Part shown: positions 40,640 through 53,222 of the stretch, one piece after another
Layout: each line of letters starts with the position of its first letter
Position numbering within the stretch: position 1 is the stretch's first letter
NCBI GenBank assembly: GCA_964016885.1
Contig: OZ024754.1
Span: forward strand, 6,262,001-6,326,000
Direction: 5' to 3'
DNA length: 64,000 bases
Source: Eledone cirrhosa
Lineage: Eukaryota
The notes under the pieces: model-generated
Told to the model about the DNA's origin: nothing
What the model saw: the letters and a program-made list of their open reading frames with translations, nothing else
Database searches by the model: none
Position numbers and translations under genes: made by a program

Positions 40640-42300
40640 TTCTAACAATGGTATTGGCCCCGTCATAAACAGGTGGATACCTGTGTGTATATATATATAT
40701 ATATAATTATACTTGTGCCAGTGTTCACCCAGTTGCAGCCAGTAAATCCATAACAGTGTGAAGAGAGGTTGACCATGTAGAGCAACTACAACCAACATAT
40801 GTGGAGATTTTCAATCATTAATGACTCCAACAGTGAGCACCACATATGTGAAGAACAACAAATATTAATTCAAGATCTAACTTAATTATGCCAACCCCCA
40901 TTTTCAGCTGTGCATCTTGTCACTCATGCCATCCCATGTGAGGCCCTGGGTTCGCTTCAAATAATAATCAAAGGAGATGCCTTTTGAATAGAATTTGTTT
41001 CAGCGACCCAATCCAGGAGTAATGTTGAATTTTGGACTTTGCCAACACACCAGCTCAGAAGATTTGGTGAAAGGGAAAAAATAGTAAAATACTCCAACTT
41101 GCATAGCTGCTCCATCATTATGTCACTCTCATTAGTTACATTTTGCAGCTCTACAGAAAGATGGTACAAATGAGTGGTCAGCAGATGAGAATTTTGGGGA
41201 CCAGATGTATATCTGACTTGGACAACAGCAGACTTTGGACATGACCGAATACAGTGTGTGTGTATAGTTACGGTAGATGTCTGTCGTATCCTTACCGTGG
41301 TTTATGGCAATGAAGGTAGTGCTAAGACTCTTGAATTGATCAACTTCTAAAACCTCATCACTGAGCATAACGGGATCCTTTCACAGGGCAACACAAGTGA
41401 ATACTACTATTTTTTATGGCTACATTAATTTTCATGCCAACATACGAAGTATACATAGTGAGGCCTTTAATAGCTGATTGAACTGATATATTTGTTGCCA
41501 ATTATCAAAAGGTCAGTCAGTGACAGTGAAGTCTCTTCCTTCAGTAGCATCCAAGTAATCCTTTACAGCAAGCTCTATGATCCAATCAATAGCGTAGTTA
41601 AAAAGTATTGAAGAAAGAAGAGCTCTGCCAGACACCTAAGTGAATTCCAAATGAGTCAAATTCCTCAACATAACAGCAAACCTTTGCTGATGGAGAGCTA
41701 TACCAGAGGAAGAACAGAGCTCTACCAGATACCTAAGTGAATTCCAAATGAGTCAAATTCCTCAACATAACAGCAAACCTTTGCTGATGGAGAGCTATAC
41801 CGGAGGAAGAACAGAGCTCTACCAGATACTTAAGTGAATTCCGAATGAGAGATTCCTCACCATAACAGCCAACCTTTGCTGATAGAGTGCTATACGGGAC
41901 AAAGAACAGATCCCTGCCAGACACCGAAGTGAATTTTAAATGAGAGATTTCTCACCATAATAGCCAACCTTTGTGACAGAGAGCTATACTATAGTCTAGT
42001 TAGATCCTGCAGTTTTAGGGGTAATCCACCTGCAATTGTCATGTTCTAGAATGTACGGCAATTGTTAGAAAATCCACTAATTTCTGACTCAAATGTTGTT
42101 CCAGAACCCTGCTCAAGGTGAACATTTGATCAGTGCAGGCTCAGCCTTGACAAAAGCCATACTGATTTGTTTGTATACATTGATCTCCATTCTAGAACGA
42201 TTGTGAACATCTTGGCTAGAACATCTATCATACTGATGCTGCAGTAGTTGGTACAAGAATGTTTATCACTCTTCTCAAAGAAAGGGAGAACTGCATCACT
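40640..42300 (-). pseudogene. decayed RTE-type reverse transcriptase ORF
   Basis: Fragments ISMIDVLAKMFTIVLE, LSSILFNYAIDWII and EVLEVDQFK in the expected RT order. Frameshifted, with an internal 97-bp tandem amplification at 41620-41990. Confidence 0.65.
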
Positions 42301-42766
42301 CCCAGACACAATCAAATACACAAACACACCTATGTGTAAGTGGTTGGCATTAGGAAGGGAATCGAACAACAGAAAACTTGCCAAACAAAAGGTGGAGGGG
42401 TCCCTTCATCTATGTGAAGGGCACAGCAACATACCTCTGTAGTTCTGGTGGCACGATAAAATGCACCCAATACACTTGGTAAAGTGGTTGGTGTTAAGAA
42501 GGGCATCTTACTGTAGAAAACTTGCTAAACATAACGTTCAGAGGACTCTTCAGTTGTGCCAAGGACACAACCTCCCTAGAACTGATGCCCCAATAAAATG
42601 TACCAATACATGCTAGAGTGTAAGAGCAAACATGAGATGTGGCCAGTAGCATGTCTGAGAACAGTAGTTCCAATTGACCACCAACTTGCTCATTGTGTGT
42701 GTATATATATATATATATTATTCAGAATATTAATCAATGAAGACATTCACATAATCAAAATATATG

Positions 42767-42828
42767 TTTTATTATATATATTTCGAAGGTACTGTGCTGT
42801 TTTTTCAGTACGTCCTCATCAGATAAAA
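42767..42828 (-). ncRNA. minimal type I hammerhead ribozyme motif (mirror copy)
   Basis: Minus strand reads TTTTAT-CTGATGA-GGACGTACTG-loop-CAGTACCTTC-GAAA-TATATATA-ATAAAA. Confidence 0.7.
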
Positions 42829-42913
42829 TACACGAATAGATGTATGACATACCTCAACAGTCTTGATGGTTTAATTCAAGACTGTTGAGGTATGTCATAC
42901 ATCAATTTATGTA

Positions 42914-42975
42914 TTTTATCTGACGAGGACGTACTGAAGAAACAGCACAGTACCTTCGAAATATATATAATAAAA
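42914..42975 (+). ncRNA. minimal type I hammerhead ribozyme motif
   Basis: Stem I TTTTAT/ATAAAA. Core CTGACGA (42920-42926). Stem II GGACGTACTG/CAGTACCTTC with one C-C mismatch. GAAA (42958-42961). 2-bp stem III with palindromic ATAT loop. NUH triplet AUA, predicted cut after 42969. Confidence 0.7.
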
Positions 42976-44125
42976 CATTTTGATTATGTGAATGTCTTCA
43001 TTTATTAATATTCTGAATAATATTAATAACTCCAGAAAACTTGACTAGAGTGCTTTTAATCTATTGTAAAATTATATTCATTGAGTAATCAATGAACCAT
43101 ATTAATCTTTGGTTATTTATATATACACACACACAACATTTTTATTTCTAGTTTATCATGTTTAACACCCCCATGAAGCTGAAATATCAATATATAGAAT
43201 TGGATGTCACCTATTTTGAATGAAAAACTGAAGGAAAAGGTCTACACTAAATGTGTGAGAAGTGCCACAATTTCTGGGAGTGAAACATGGGCAGAGAACA
43301 CACAGGAGCAGAGAGCAGAAATAAAACTGATTCACTGGATGAAGAGAAAGAGGAAGGCAAGCAAAGAATTGCAAAGGGTGAAGAGGAATAGAGCATCAGA
43401 CGAATGGTGTGAAAAGAAACGGAATGAGGATGAAGAGAAAGAGGAAGGCAAGCAATGAATTGCAAAGGGTGACGGGGAATAGAGCCTCAGACGAATGGTG
43501 TGAAAAGAAACAGAATGACGATGAGATGGCTGCGTTGTGTGTTGAGGAAGGATGAAAGTGACTGGGTTGAGAGGAGTGATGAAAGTGAAAGGAAGATCAA
43601 GAAAAACATGTCTAAAGATGGAGAAGAAAATAAAAGCCAAGAGGGTTACAAAGGATAAAGGAAAATGGAGAAATATATCATGGGGATTGAAAGTCCTTAG
43701 TAAGGAAACTGCCCTTAACTCTTTAGCATTTAAATCAGCCAGAATTCTCATATCTTTCTGTTCAAACTGGCTGTAACTGGGCGCTCCTAGCGACATTAAA
43801 ATCTCATAGATTCGATATTATGTGAGGTAAAGCCTTTACCACAAAAATACAATAGTATATATAGAGTAATGTAAGTACTAAAGGGTTAATATGCTTGTTT
43901 GCAATAACTTCCAAATTTACTAATTTTTCATTTGCAATGTTTATAAGAAATTCCCTCAAAACCAAGTAAACTTCAAGGCATCCAATCAGACCCACCAACA
44001 TTTCCACCAATCCTACGACCTGGACAGCTAATATACTTTATCGACCTTGAAAGATGAAAGGCATAGTTGATCTCCACTGTATTTCAACAGCTAGAGCACT
44101 GTCAGATACATTAACATATGGTGAT

Positions 44126-44174
<49 letters not shown>

Positions 44175-44368
44175 GGTGTGTGTGTGTATTGACATGTGTT
44201 AAAATGCGCGCGTGTGTGTGTATATATATATATATCATTTAATGTCCATTTTCCACGCTAGCGCAGGTTGTCCCATTAGGGGCAAGTAGGGTCAGGTGAC
44301 CGTGTCTTGCTCATATAGGACTATTTCTAGCTAGGTTTCTACGGCTGGATGCCCTTCCTAACGCCAAC

Positions 44369-44956
44369 CACATTTACAGTGTGGGCTGGGTGCTTTTTGT
44401 CGTGACTCTTACACGACCACTTTACAGTGTGGACTGGGTGCTTTTAGTCATGACTCTTACACGACCACTTTACAGTGTGGGCTGGGTGCTTTTTGTCGTG
44501 ACTCTTACATGACCACTTTACAGTGTGGACTGGGTGCTTTTTGTCGTGACTCTTACACGACCACTTTACAGTGTGGACTGGGTGCTTTTTGTCGTGACTC
44601 TTACACGACCACTTTACAGTGTGGACTGGGTGCTTTTTGTTGTGACACCTACATGATCACTTTACAGTGTGGACTGGGTGCTTTTTTTACCATGGCACCT
44701 CCATGACTACTTTACAGTGTCGGCTGGGTGCTTTTTGTTGTGACACCTACACGACCACTTAACAGTGTGGGCTGGGTGGTTTTTTTGTCGAGACACTTAC
44801 ATGACCACTTTACAGTGTGGGTGGGGGCTTTTAGTCATGACTCTTACATGACCACTTTACAGTGTGGGTGGGGGCTTTTAGTCATGACTCTTACATGACC
44901 ACTTTACAGTGTGAGCTGGGGGCTTTTTGTTGTGACACCTACACGACCACTTTACA
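44369..44956. repeat. 48-bp SINE-derived tandem array
   Basis: Unit CCACTTTACAGTGTGGACTGGGTGCTTTTTGTCGTGACTCTTACACGA, about 12 copies, attached to a minus-strand SINE 3' end at 44236-44370. Confidence 0.92.
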
Positions 44957-46903
44957 AGTCGATACAGGACCAAGTTGATTGGTGATGTGCCATAATACAA
45001 AAGACCCTTCCACCAGTACAAGCACTACAATACTAAAAGTAAACATGGTGAATGACCGAAGGGTACAGTGATTTGGCAATCAAAACAGATAGTATATTAT
45101 CTGGTCTAGCATGTGACAAACTCTTGTCCATATGTCACAATAAAATGCACCCAGTACGCCCTGTAAAGTGGAAGTCCTGGTGCCATGGACAAATTTCCCC
45201 AGTACAACCTTAGCATTCTTTAGAAAGGGTATACAGACTGTGTATATCTGTATATATGGATGTGTGCATCTGTCTCGTCATATCTTCATATGGACAGGGT
45301 TTAAAAGAAGTGGTGATATTTGTTTACATCTCAGCTTAGTGTTCAGACATAAGTTAATACTATAAACCACATTTAAACAGTAGGGGGTAGTGTCAGGAAG
45401 AGCATTCAGTCACAGAAGAAAAAAAGCCTTATTAAGTCACATTCCACCCATGTTAACATGGACAAATCAGTAATTATGATGACATATATACAAACATACA
45501 TCTACACACATATACACCCCAGCCAAATTTACAGTCCTCATCGGAGCAAGGTACCAGTGTGGTCAACTCTGGCCAGACTTGTCTCCCAACCTGAACGACC
45601 CGTCTAACCCATGCAAGCATGGAAAAAATGGTCTCTAAACGGTGATGATGATGCTGATGATACACACAAGTTTATACACTTATGTACATTCTGAAGGTAG
45701 TGTTCCAGTATGCCTAAAACAAACTACTGGACCACACACATGTCCAGCCCACTCTAAAGTGGTAGTGTTGGTTACTACGATAAAATGTAAACCAATACAC
45801 AGTGAAGTGGTTGGTGGTAGAAAGGACATCCAGATGTAAACATCACACCACACTGGAACGTATGAGCAAAAAGATGTGGTCATCTGACCTGACTCATCTC
45901 AGAGACTGACAAAACCTGTCCAACTTATGGCCGGCATGGAACACGGATGCAAAACGACGACGATGATGATGATGACGACGACGATATAAGCTGTTATTCC
46001 GTTGTGTCCATTTCGTCGTCTTAGAACGGGTGAGATGTAAAATCTATCTTTCCTGGATATGACGTTGACCTAATCATAGAAGACAATACGATTTACTGAG
46101 ACAAGATACAATATTTTACCTTTGGAAAACGACAGAACGCCCCCCATAAGACTTGAAACAGACGTACCATGAACACACAAGTTTCATAGATCAATGTAAT
46201 CTTCATTCGGCAATCGTCATAACAGACGAAATAAGTGTTTGAGTGGGTAGTGATGGAGAGATGGCGTTTCAAAACTCACATAGGCTAAACGGAGGCTATG
46301 TGTGTATTACACGAAGAAGAAAAAAAGAAAAATGTACCCAATACACTCTGTAAAGTGATTGGCATTTGATGGTACAGCATCCAGCTGTAGAAACCACGAC
46401 ATATGCAACCGAGGAGACCATTGAGTACTGACAATCTGTAACGACCCGTCCAACCCATGCCAAGAATTATGATCATATCTATATCTATATATAAAGAGAG
46501 AGAGAGACACACACATATATATGTATTTATATTCCGTCCTTATTACATATACGGATGTAATAGGCGACTAGCTCAACCATCAGCACATTGTCCTTGGAGC
46601 TTCGAAAAGCAATGTCACCCTCCACTGGATTTGAAACTAAACACAGTGGAATATCAAATTCGATGCAAGCTTTCGTAGTCATACATAGCAACATACACAC
46701 ACACACACACACACACACATATCTATTTATATATATATGGAGAGAGAGAGAGAGAGAGAGAGAGTACAGGAGTTGGGATAACGAGCTAATTAGAATGACC
46801 AACTGGGGGATCGAAACAGGACTGTCCAGAGCCTAGCTCCCCAGAAACTTTACTGTACAATATTGCCAACCTATATATCATATACGAACTAGGAAAGAAG
46901 TGC

Positions 46904-46957
<54 letters not shown>

Positions 46958-46964
46958 ATATTTT

Positions 46965-47002
<38 letters not shown>

Positions 47003-47050
47003 TGAAACGAAGTCATCGGATATGACCGAAAAATCTTCGATCGCTTTCCT

Positions 47051-47081
<31 letters not shown>

Positions 47082-47228
47082 ATATGCATGTATATGTGTA
47101 TAATATGTATAAACATACATACATGTGATATGAATGTATATCACATATTTCTAGAATAGTTGATAATATATGGTCATGAGCTGTACATGCAAACATGACA
47201 GTAGCTATAAACACAAATATAGGTATAG

Positions 47229-47267
<39 letters not shown>

Positions 47268-47421
47268 GAGACCGATTTCTATTATATACCCCCAGCACAG
47301 CGAGTATATATTATATTATACATACATACATACATATACACACAGTGAAAGACATCGGATAGCAACATAGCTATTTATAATAAATATATACAACAGCATC
47401 GAGAGTAAAGATAGGAAGGGA

Positions 47422-47466
<45 letters not shown>

Positions 47467-47562
47467 CTTTGCTTTCTGTCAAAAATAAAGATGATAATGA
47501 GTAGATAAATTAACAGAACGATCTAGAAAAAAAATCATTACATATATATATATATACATATA

Positions 47563-47594
<32 letters not shown>

Positions 47595-47694
47595 GTCAGT
47601 GATACATATGCTGTATGTCTGCTACGTGGTTCTCACCGAGACAGTTGTAACAAAACATTTCAAAGTTAATAAGGATAGACAACACACCTAGGTG

Positions 47695-47741
<47 letters not shown>

Positions 47742-47891
47742 GGCGACTGACATTTTCTTAATTTATTTAACCACGGAGCAGTCATGTTTTCTGAGCTTTT
47801 TCAATAAGGTAATGGGCTTAAATAACCCGGCCATCACTCTTACCTTAAGGTGACAGAAGAGCCGAAGCTAAACAGAAATAAGACTACACAC

Positions 47892-47922
<31 letters not shown>

Positions 47923-48099
47923 ACCATAGCGTAGAAATAAACACACATACATTACCTATATATATATATATATGTGTGTGTATGTGTGTTAAATTATGCT
48001 AATGTAATTTAAATAAAAAGGAGACGAATGGTTGAATGTAAGAGATTTGTTAAAAGAAATAAACGTTGGGGATTTTAAAGGATTAGACGACATTGAGAT

Positions 48100-48905
48100 T
48101 GTGAGAGAGAGAGAGAGAGAGAGAGAGAGGACAGAAAGAGAAGGAGAGAGAGTGAGAAACAGAGAGAAAGATGTTTTTATATGGTGACCAGTAGTGGTAG
48201 TAACTGTTACAATTAGTAGTAGGTCGGAAGGGTAGAGAGAGAGTGAGAGAGAGATAGAAAGAAGGACAGATAGAGAGAAAGACAGACAGACTGACAGAGA
48301 AAAAGGACAGACAAACAGATAGAGAGTAAGAGAAAGAAAGAGACTGACAGAGAAAACGGACAAACAGATAGAGAGTAAGAGAGAGAAAGACAGAGAAAAG
48401 GGACAGACAAACAGATAGAGTAAGAGAGAGAGAAAGAGAAAGACAGACAGACCGACAGAGAAAAAGGACAAACAAACAGATAGAGAGTAAGAGAGAGAGA
48501 AAGAGAAAGACAGACAGACCGACAGAGAAAAAGGACAAACAAACAGATAGAGAGTGAGAGAGAAAGAGAAAGACAGACAGACCGACAGAGAAAAAGGACA
48601 AACAAACAGATAGAGAGTAAGAGAGAAAGACAGACAGACTGACAGAGAAAAAGGACAAACAAACAGATAGAGAGTAAGAGAGAGAGAGAGAGAGAGTGAG
48701 AAAGAGGACATAGATAGAGTGAGAGAGAAAGAAAGAAAAGGACAGCTAGATAGATAGAGTGAGAAAGAAAGAGAAAGACATAATAGATAGACAGAGTGAG
48801 AAAGAGAAGGACAGACAGACAGACAGATAGAATGAGAAAGAGAAGGACAGACAGACAGATAGATAGAGTGAGAAAGAGAAGGATAGATAGATAGAGATAG
48901 AGAGA
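48100..48905. repeat. purine-rich (GA)/(GACA)/(GATA) compound repeat with higher-order unit
   Basis: Recurrent GAGAAAGACAGACAGACCGACAGAGAAAAAGGACAAACAAACAGATAGAGAGT. Confidence 0.9.
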
Positions 48906-50275
48906 TTTTAATTAACCCTGTCTGACTCACTAACACCCGACAGAATAAACGAGTAGTAATAGCAATTAGAAATATGTACGGAACCTCCTTAGTGTCGGCC
49001 AGAAGTGTAATAGTAATAATAATAAGTATATGAACTATAGTGGCCGTCGTGAAGGGAGCAGTCAGTATGTATGGAAAGACCATGTTACAAACAAGCTGAA
49101 CACATCGATAATATATTACGATTGCTATTCAGCAGTTTACACATAATTATATATATATATATATATACATACATATATATTTATACATATACTTTCGTAA
49201 TCAGTTTAGACAGATATATATATATATATATATATTTGTGTGTGTGTGTGTAAATATATATATATATACATACATATTCACACATACAAAAGTGTACTAA
49301 TTGCAACTGGCTCCCGCCGTAGTGTATACGGTATAGTTAATATATATATATATATATGTATGTAAATATATAATGATTACTCCACCATTGGTATAATAAA
49401 TCCGTATATATATATATTTACAAACAATAGCAATATGAGAAAAAATAGAAACATTTCCTTCCTCCCTCGTTATCGATACAATACAGCAGAGTCTCTATAA
49501 ATATATACAAACATAAAACATTATCTGACATATAGTGTGTTTATATACATTATATATACATTTATAAGTGTATATATGTATGCATATATATATTTAATAT
49601 ATAAAGGTGTATCTATATATATGTATGTATAAAGACCTATGTATATATATCTACATAAAGATATGTGTATGTGCATATATATATATAAGTATAAGATGTT
49701 TGTGTGTAGATATATATATGTATATATAAAAGATGTGTGTAATATATATATATATATATATAAAAGATGTATGTGTGTAGATATATATATATAAAAGATG
49801 TGTGTAGATATATAGATATAAAAGATGTGTGTAGATATATAGATATAAAAGATGTGTGTAGATATATATATATATATATAAAAGATGTATGTGTGTAGAT
49901 ATATATATATATAAAAGATGTATGTGTGTAGATATATATAAAAGATGTATGTGTATATATATTATATATAAAAGATGTATGTATATATAAGATGTATGTA
50001 TATATATATATATATATACAAGAGATGTGAATATATATATATATAAAGAGATACAGAGTCAATACCCCCTTCTTCCTCTATAGATAGAATGAGACGTTGG
50101 TGGGGTAGCAAAAAGCGGAAAAGAAGACAAGCAAGCATAGTCAAGAGACATTATTAGCTTTAGAGATAAAAACCAACCCGAAGCTAACAAGACATCGACA
50201 CAGAAATACACATGAACATATAACGATGGTTAGGCTGTTAAAATGTATGTTTGATATTCGGACATTACACCTTAC

Positions 50276-50350
50276 CTACCTAAATATAAGGCCTGGCCCC
50301 AGAAAAAAGTTTTCCAGAAAATAGCTATTTACTGTTGATGCCTCAGCCAA
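50276..50350 (-). other. putative non-coding first exon of CNOT4 (5' boundary uncertain)
   Basis: Strong donor AG|GTAAGG at 50276/50275 just downstream of a CpG-rich patch. The link to CNOT4 is inferred, not shown. Confidence 0.45.
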
Positions 50351-50460
50351 AACAGGCACTGCGCAACTCGCCTGCGCAGACAGCGTCAACTCGACCGAAA
50401 AAAAAAATAACGTTTGCCAAATAGCCTTTAAAACCGAGCTACGGATGCTCAATCGCGACA
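50350..50460. promoter_or_regulatory. CpG-rich putative bidirectional promoter with NRF1-like TGCGCA motifs
   Basis: TGCGCA at 50360-50365 and CGCCTGCGCA ending 50378, local CpG excess, outward-facing splice donors on both sides. Confidence 0.55.
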
Positions 50461-50511
50461 TAAACTACAAAGGGAAATAATCCAGGGGGAGGAGGCGTTT
50501 GGCAAGAAGGC
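50400..50511 (+). other. putative first exon of a divergent plus-strand transcript
   Basis: GTAAGT donor at 50512-50517 followed by T-rich, intron-like sequence. No downstream exon recognised. Confidence 0.35.
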
Positions 50512-52786
50512 GTAAGTTATAAATTAACAAGGGAGCGTTCGTTAATTTCACATATGTCCTTCCTTTCCTTCTTTTTTATTACATTTTTGTGTTGTTTTCT
50601 GTTTATTTGTTGGTTGGTTGTTTTTTTTGTTTCTGTTCCCCCTCCATCCCCGCTTTTTTTTTTTTTACCTCCTCACAAATAATTGTTATTTCTCGTTTTC
50701 TTGGTAATATCGGTAATGTGTATATCGCTCGCTTTTTTTTTTTTTTTTAAATATTTCCTTTGCTGTGTCTTGTCTTGTCATCTTAATATTTCATCATCAT
50801 CATCATCAGAGAGAGAAAGAAAGATAGACAAAGAAAATATTTCTTGCTTTTTTTTTTTTTTATTTTTAACACCTCCCCATATCTCTCTCTCTCTCCACCC
50901 CGATTAGTTTATGAAACTCAAACTAACATACTCCCGGGGAGCTTAAAAAAAAACACACACACAAAAAAGACAAAAAACACAAGCAGAAACACACACAAGA
51001 AAAAAAAAATAGCACGATTTTGTTGTTTTTTTTACCGACGTTGTTTTTTCCAGGAATGTCATCTTAGAAGTGAATCTAAAATTGCAAATGTTCGGTGACA
51101 TGACGATGGTAATAATGGTATTTTATGTAGAAACAGTAGAACGCAGTACTGTACTAGATGCCCCCCTTGTCTCTCTTACTTTCTAGGTTCAAATCAAACC
51201 ATCATTATGTTATTGTTTCTTCTCTTCATCTCTTACCCACAACGAAGTACATACAGTAAATATATACCAATAGTAGTTATTCTGTACAACCACTCAACTT
51301 AAATCGCTTATTTTTCTCCTCTACAAATATGTCAACAAACGAAATCATTTTGCCCCTATCTCTTCTGTTTTGTTTGTTTCTATTTAAAAGGCGTTTGGTT
51401 TTGGTCGAGAATGCATGCGCTTCGTTGCTACAATATTTAGTTTCATGCTATGGTTATGGTTATTCAGTTCAAATCTCGACTATATTTTTACTATTTTATT
51501 TTTTTTACACATAAATGTCATTTTTTTTTTCGGCGTTGATAATTGATAAAGTAACTATCAATCACACACTGGAATTGGTTCTAGTCAACTATAGAATATC
51601 CCTTGTAAGTTACTCAAAAGAAACCATTACAAGCTTTAGATTCAAAATAAAAAAAGAGAACGTTATATATATGTGTATATATATATAAAAGAATGAACAA
51701 CGGGATTATACATCCATATATATATATATATATAACAAATTTAATATAGAAATTTAAATTTGTTGTTTACACTCTACTAATGGATTGAGTACCTTACTTA
51801 CTGTGGTTACCCCCGATTGAACCCGGGATTCCTATATATATATATTACATTCTTCATGTTTAGATAATGCAATCTTCTAAATTTTATTGTTCTGGGTATT
51901 ATATTATGACATGTGCAAATTCTTTTGGAGGAAAAAAAAGTTATTTGCTGCCAACATTCCAGCATTAAAAATGCTTGATGGTGGTGAGTTCCGTTGTTTT
52001 TTTGGGGTCACTAAGACATGACTTGAAGACGTTGGTCAAACTGACATATCTTACGTGAAGACAAGAATTCAGCTACACCTGCCATTGGTATTGAACACTG
52101 GCATAGAATGGCAGCTGAAGAAATGTCCTCAATTGTTTAATATCCGTTTTCCTTGCTAGCAAAGATTGGACATGTCACCACAGACAGGTCAGAACTTAGA
52201 CAGATTCTCTGACCTTCAGGTGGGTCATGGATCTGACATATTACACCATGTAAGTGCATTTAATCATGCCACCAACACCAAGTTGTCATGTCCTGGGCAT
52301 AGCTAAAGAGTTCCCCGCACTTTGTTTGGCAGGTTTTCTATTGCTCGGAGATCAATGAGTCACTCTAGGTAGTACGGCTATTTCTCCGAATCAAGAGATC
52401 ACAGCTCCAATATTACAGACGTGGTTAAAATGTCTAAGGAAAGAAGAATCACTGGACATATGTCATGGGTAAAGCCAGCCACCAGGAGACCCAGTGGTAG
52501 ACCAAAAGCAAGATGGTTGGTCTTACTTGAGGATAGTCAGATTAATTGAAGATGGTTTCTTATGATAAAACTCTCTGGAAGATGTGTCTGAGGACATGAC
52601 CCCTCTGATCCTCCCAGGAATAAGTGGAAGAAGCACAAGTGGTTGGCATTAGAAAGGGCATCAAGCCATAGAAACTATGCTCCCGGTACAGCATGGGTTC
52701 TATGGCTTCATGCCCTTTCTAATGTCAATCACTACAGCACCTACTAGGAGCTTTTTATCATGACTCCAGCATTACCACCTTACACC

Positions 52787-52993
52787 TTAACTCTTTAGCA
52801 TTCTATATTTACTATTGTATTTCCACAGAAAAGGCTTTATCTCACATAATATCAAATCTACGAGATTTTGATATCATTTATTTTGAGAACAATACCTTAA
52901 TATCAGTATGAGCGGACAGTTACGACCACTTTGAACACAAAGAGGTGAGAGAATTCTGGCCGGATGTGACCAGTTTAAATGCTAAAGGGTTAA
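52787..52993. mobile_element. piggyBac-type MITE family A
   Basis: TTAA flanks, TIRs, shared internal sequence. Confidence 0.85.
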
Positions 52994-53066
52994 ACTATTT
53001 AAAATAATAGGCCTTTCACTCCAATTTTTAGTATGTATATTTGTCTAGCTTTAAGTGGTGTCCTAT

Positions 53067-53222
53067 CAGTGCTAGACTTAGGACAAATGAGGCCCTGTAC
53101 TAGTTAAGTTATGGGGTCCTTACTTGGGCCCTGAAGGAGGTAAAAAGGTTTTTTAGCAGAAAGATGGGCCCCTCCTGGACAACGGGGCCCTGTGCTTAAG
53201 CACAATGGTAAATCTAGTACTG
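53067..53222. mobile_element. hAT-type MITE
   Basis: TIRs CAGTGCTAGACTTA / TAAATCTAGTACTG. 8-bp TSD TGTCCTAT / TGTCCAAT. Confidence 0.8.

Larger units (their letters stand above)
42715..43115. mobile_element. fold-back element (inverted arms 42715-43023 plus one-sided extension), Penelope-pLTR-like
   Basis: About 150-bp near-perfect inverted arms around a 9-nt loop (42867-42875), hammerhead in each arm, (TA)n flanks. Confidence 0.65.

Noticed and set aside
47989-49083. 364-aa Leu/Ser-rich ORF
   Set aside because: Translation of CT-rich simple repeats.
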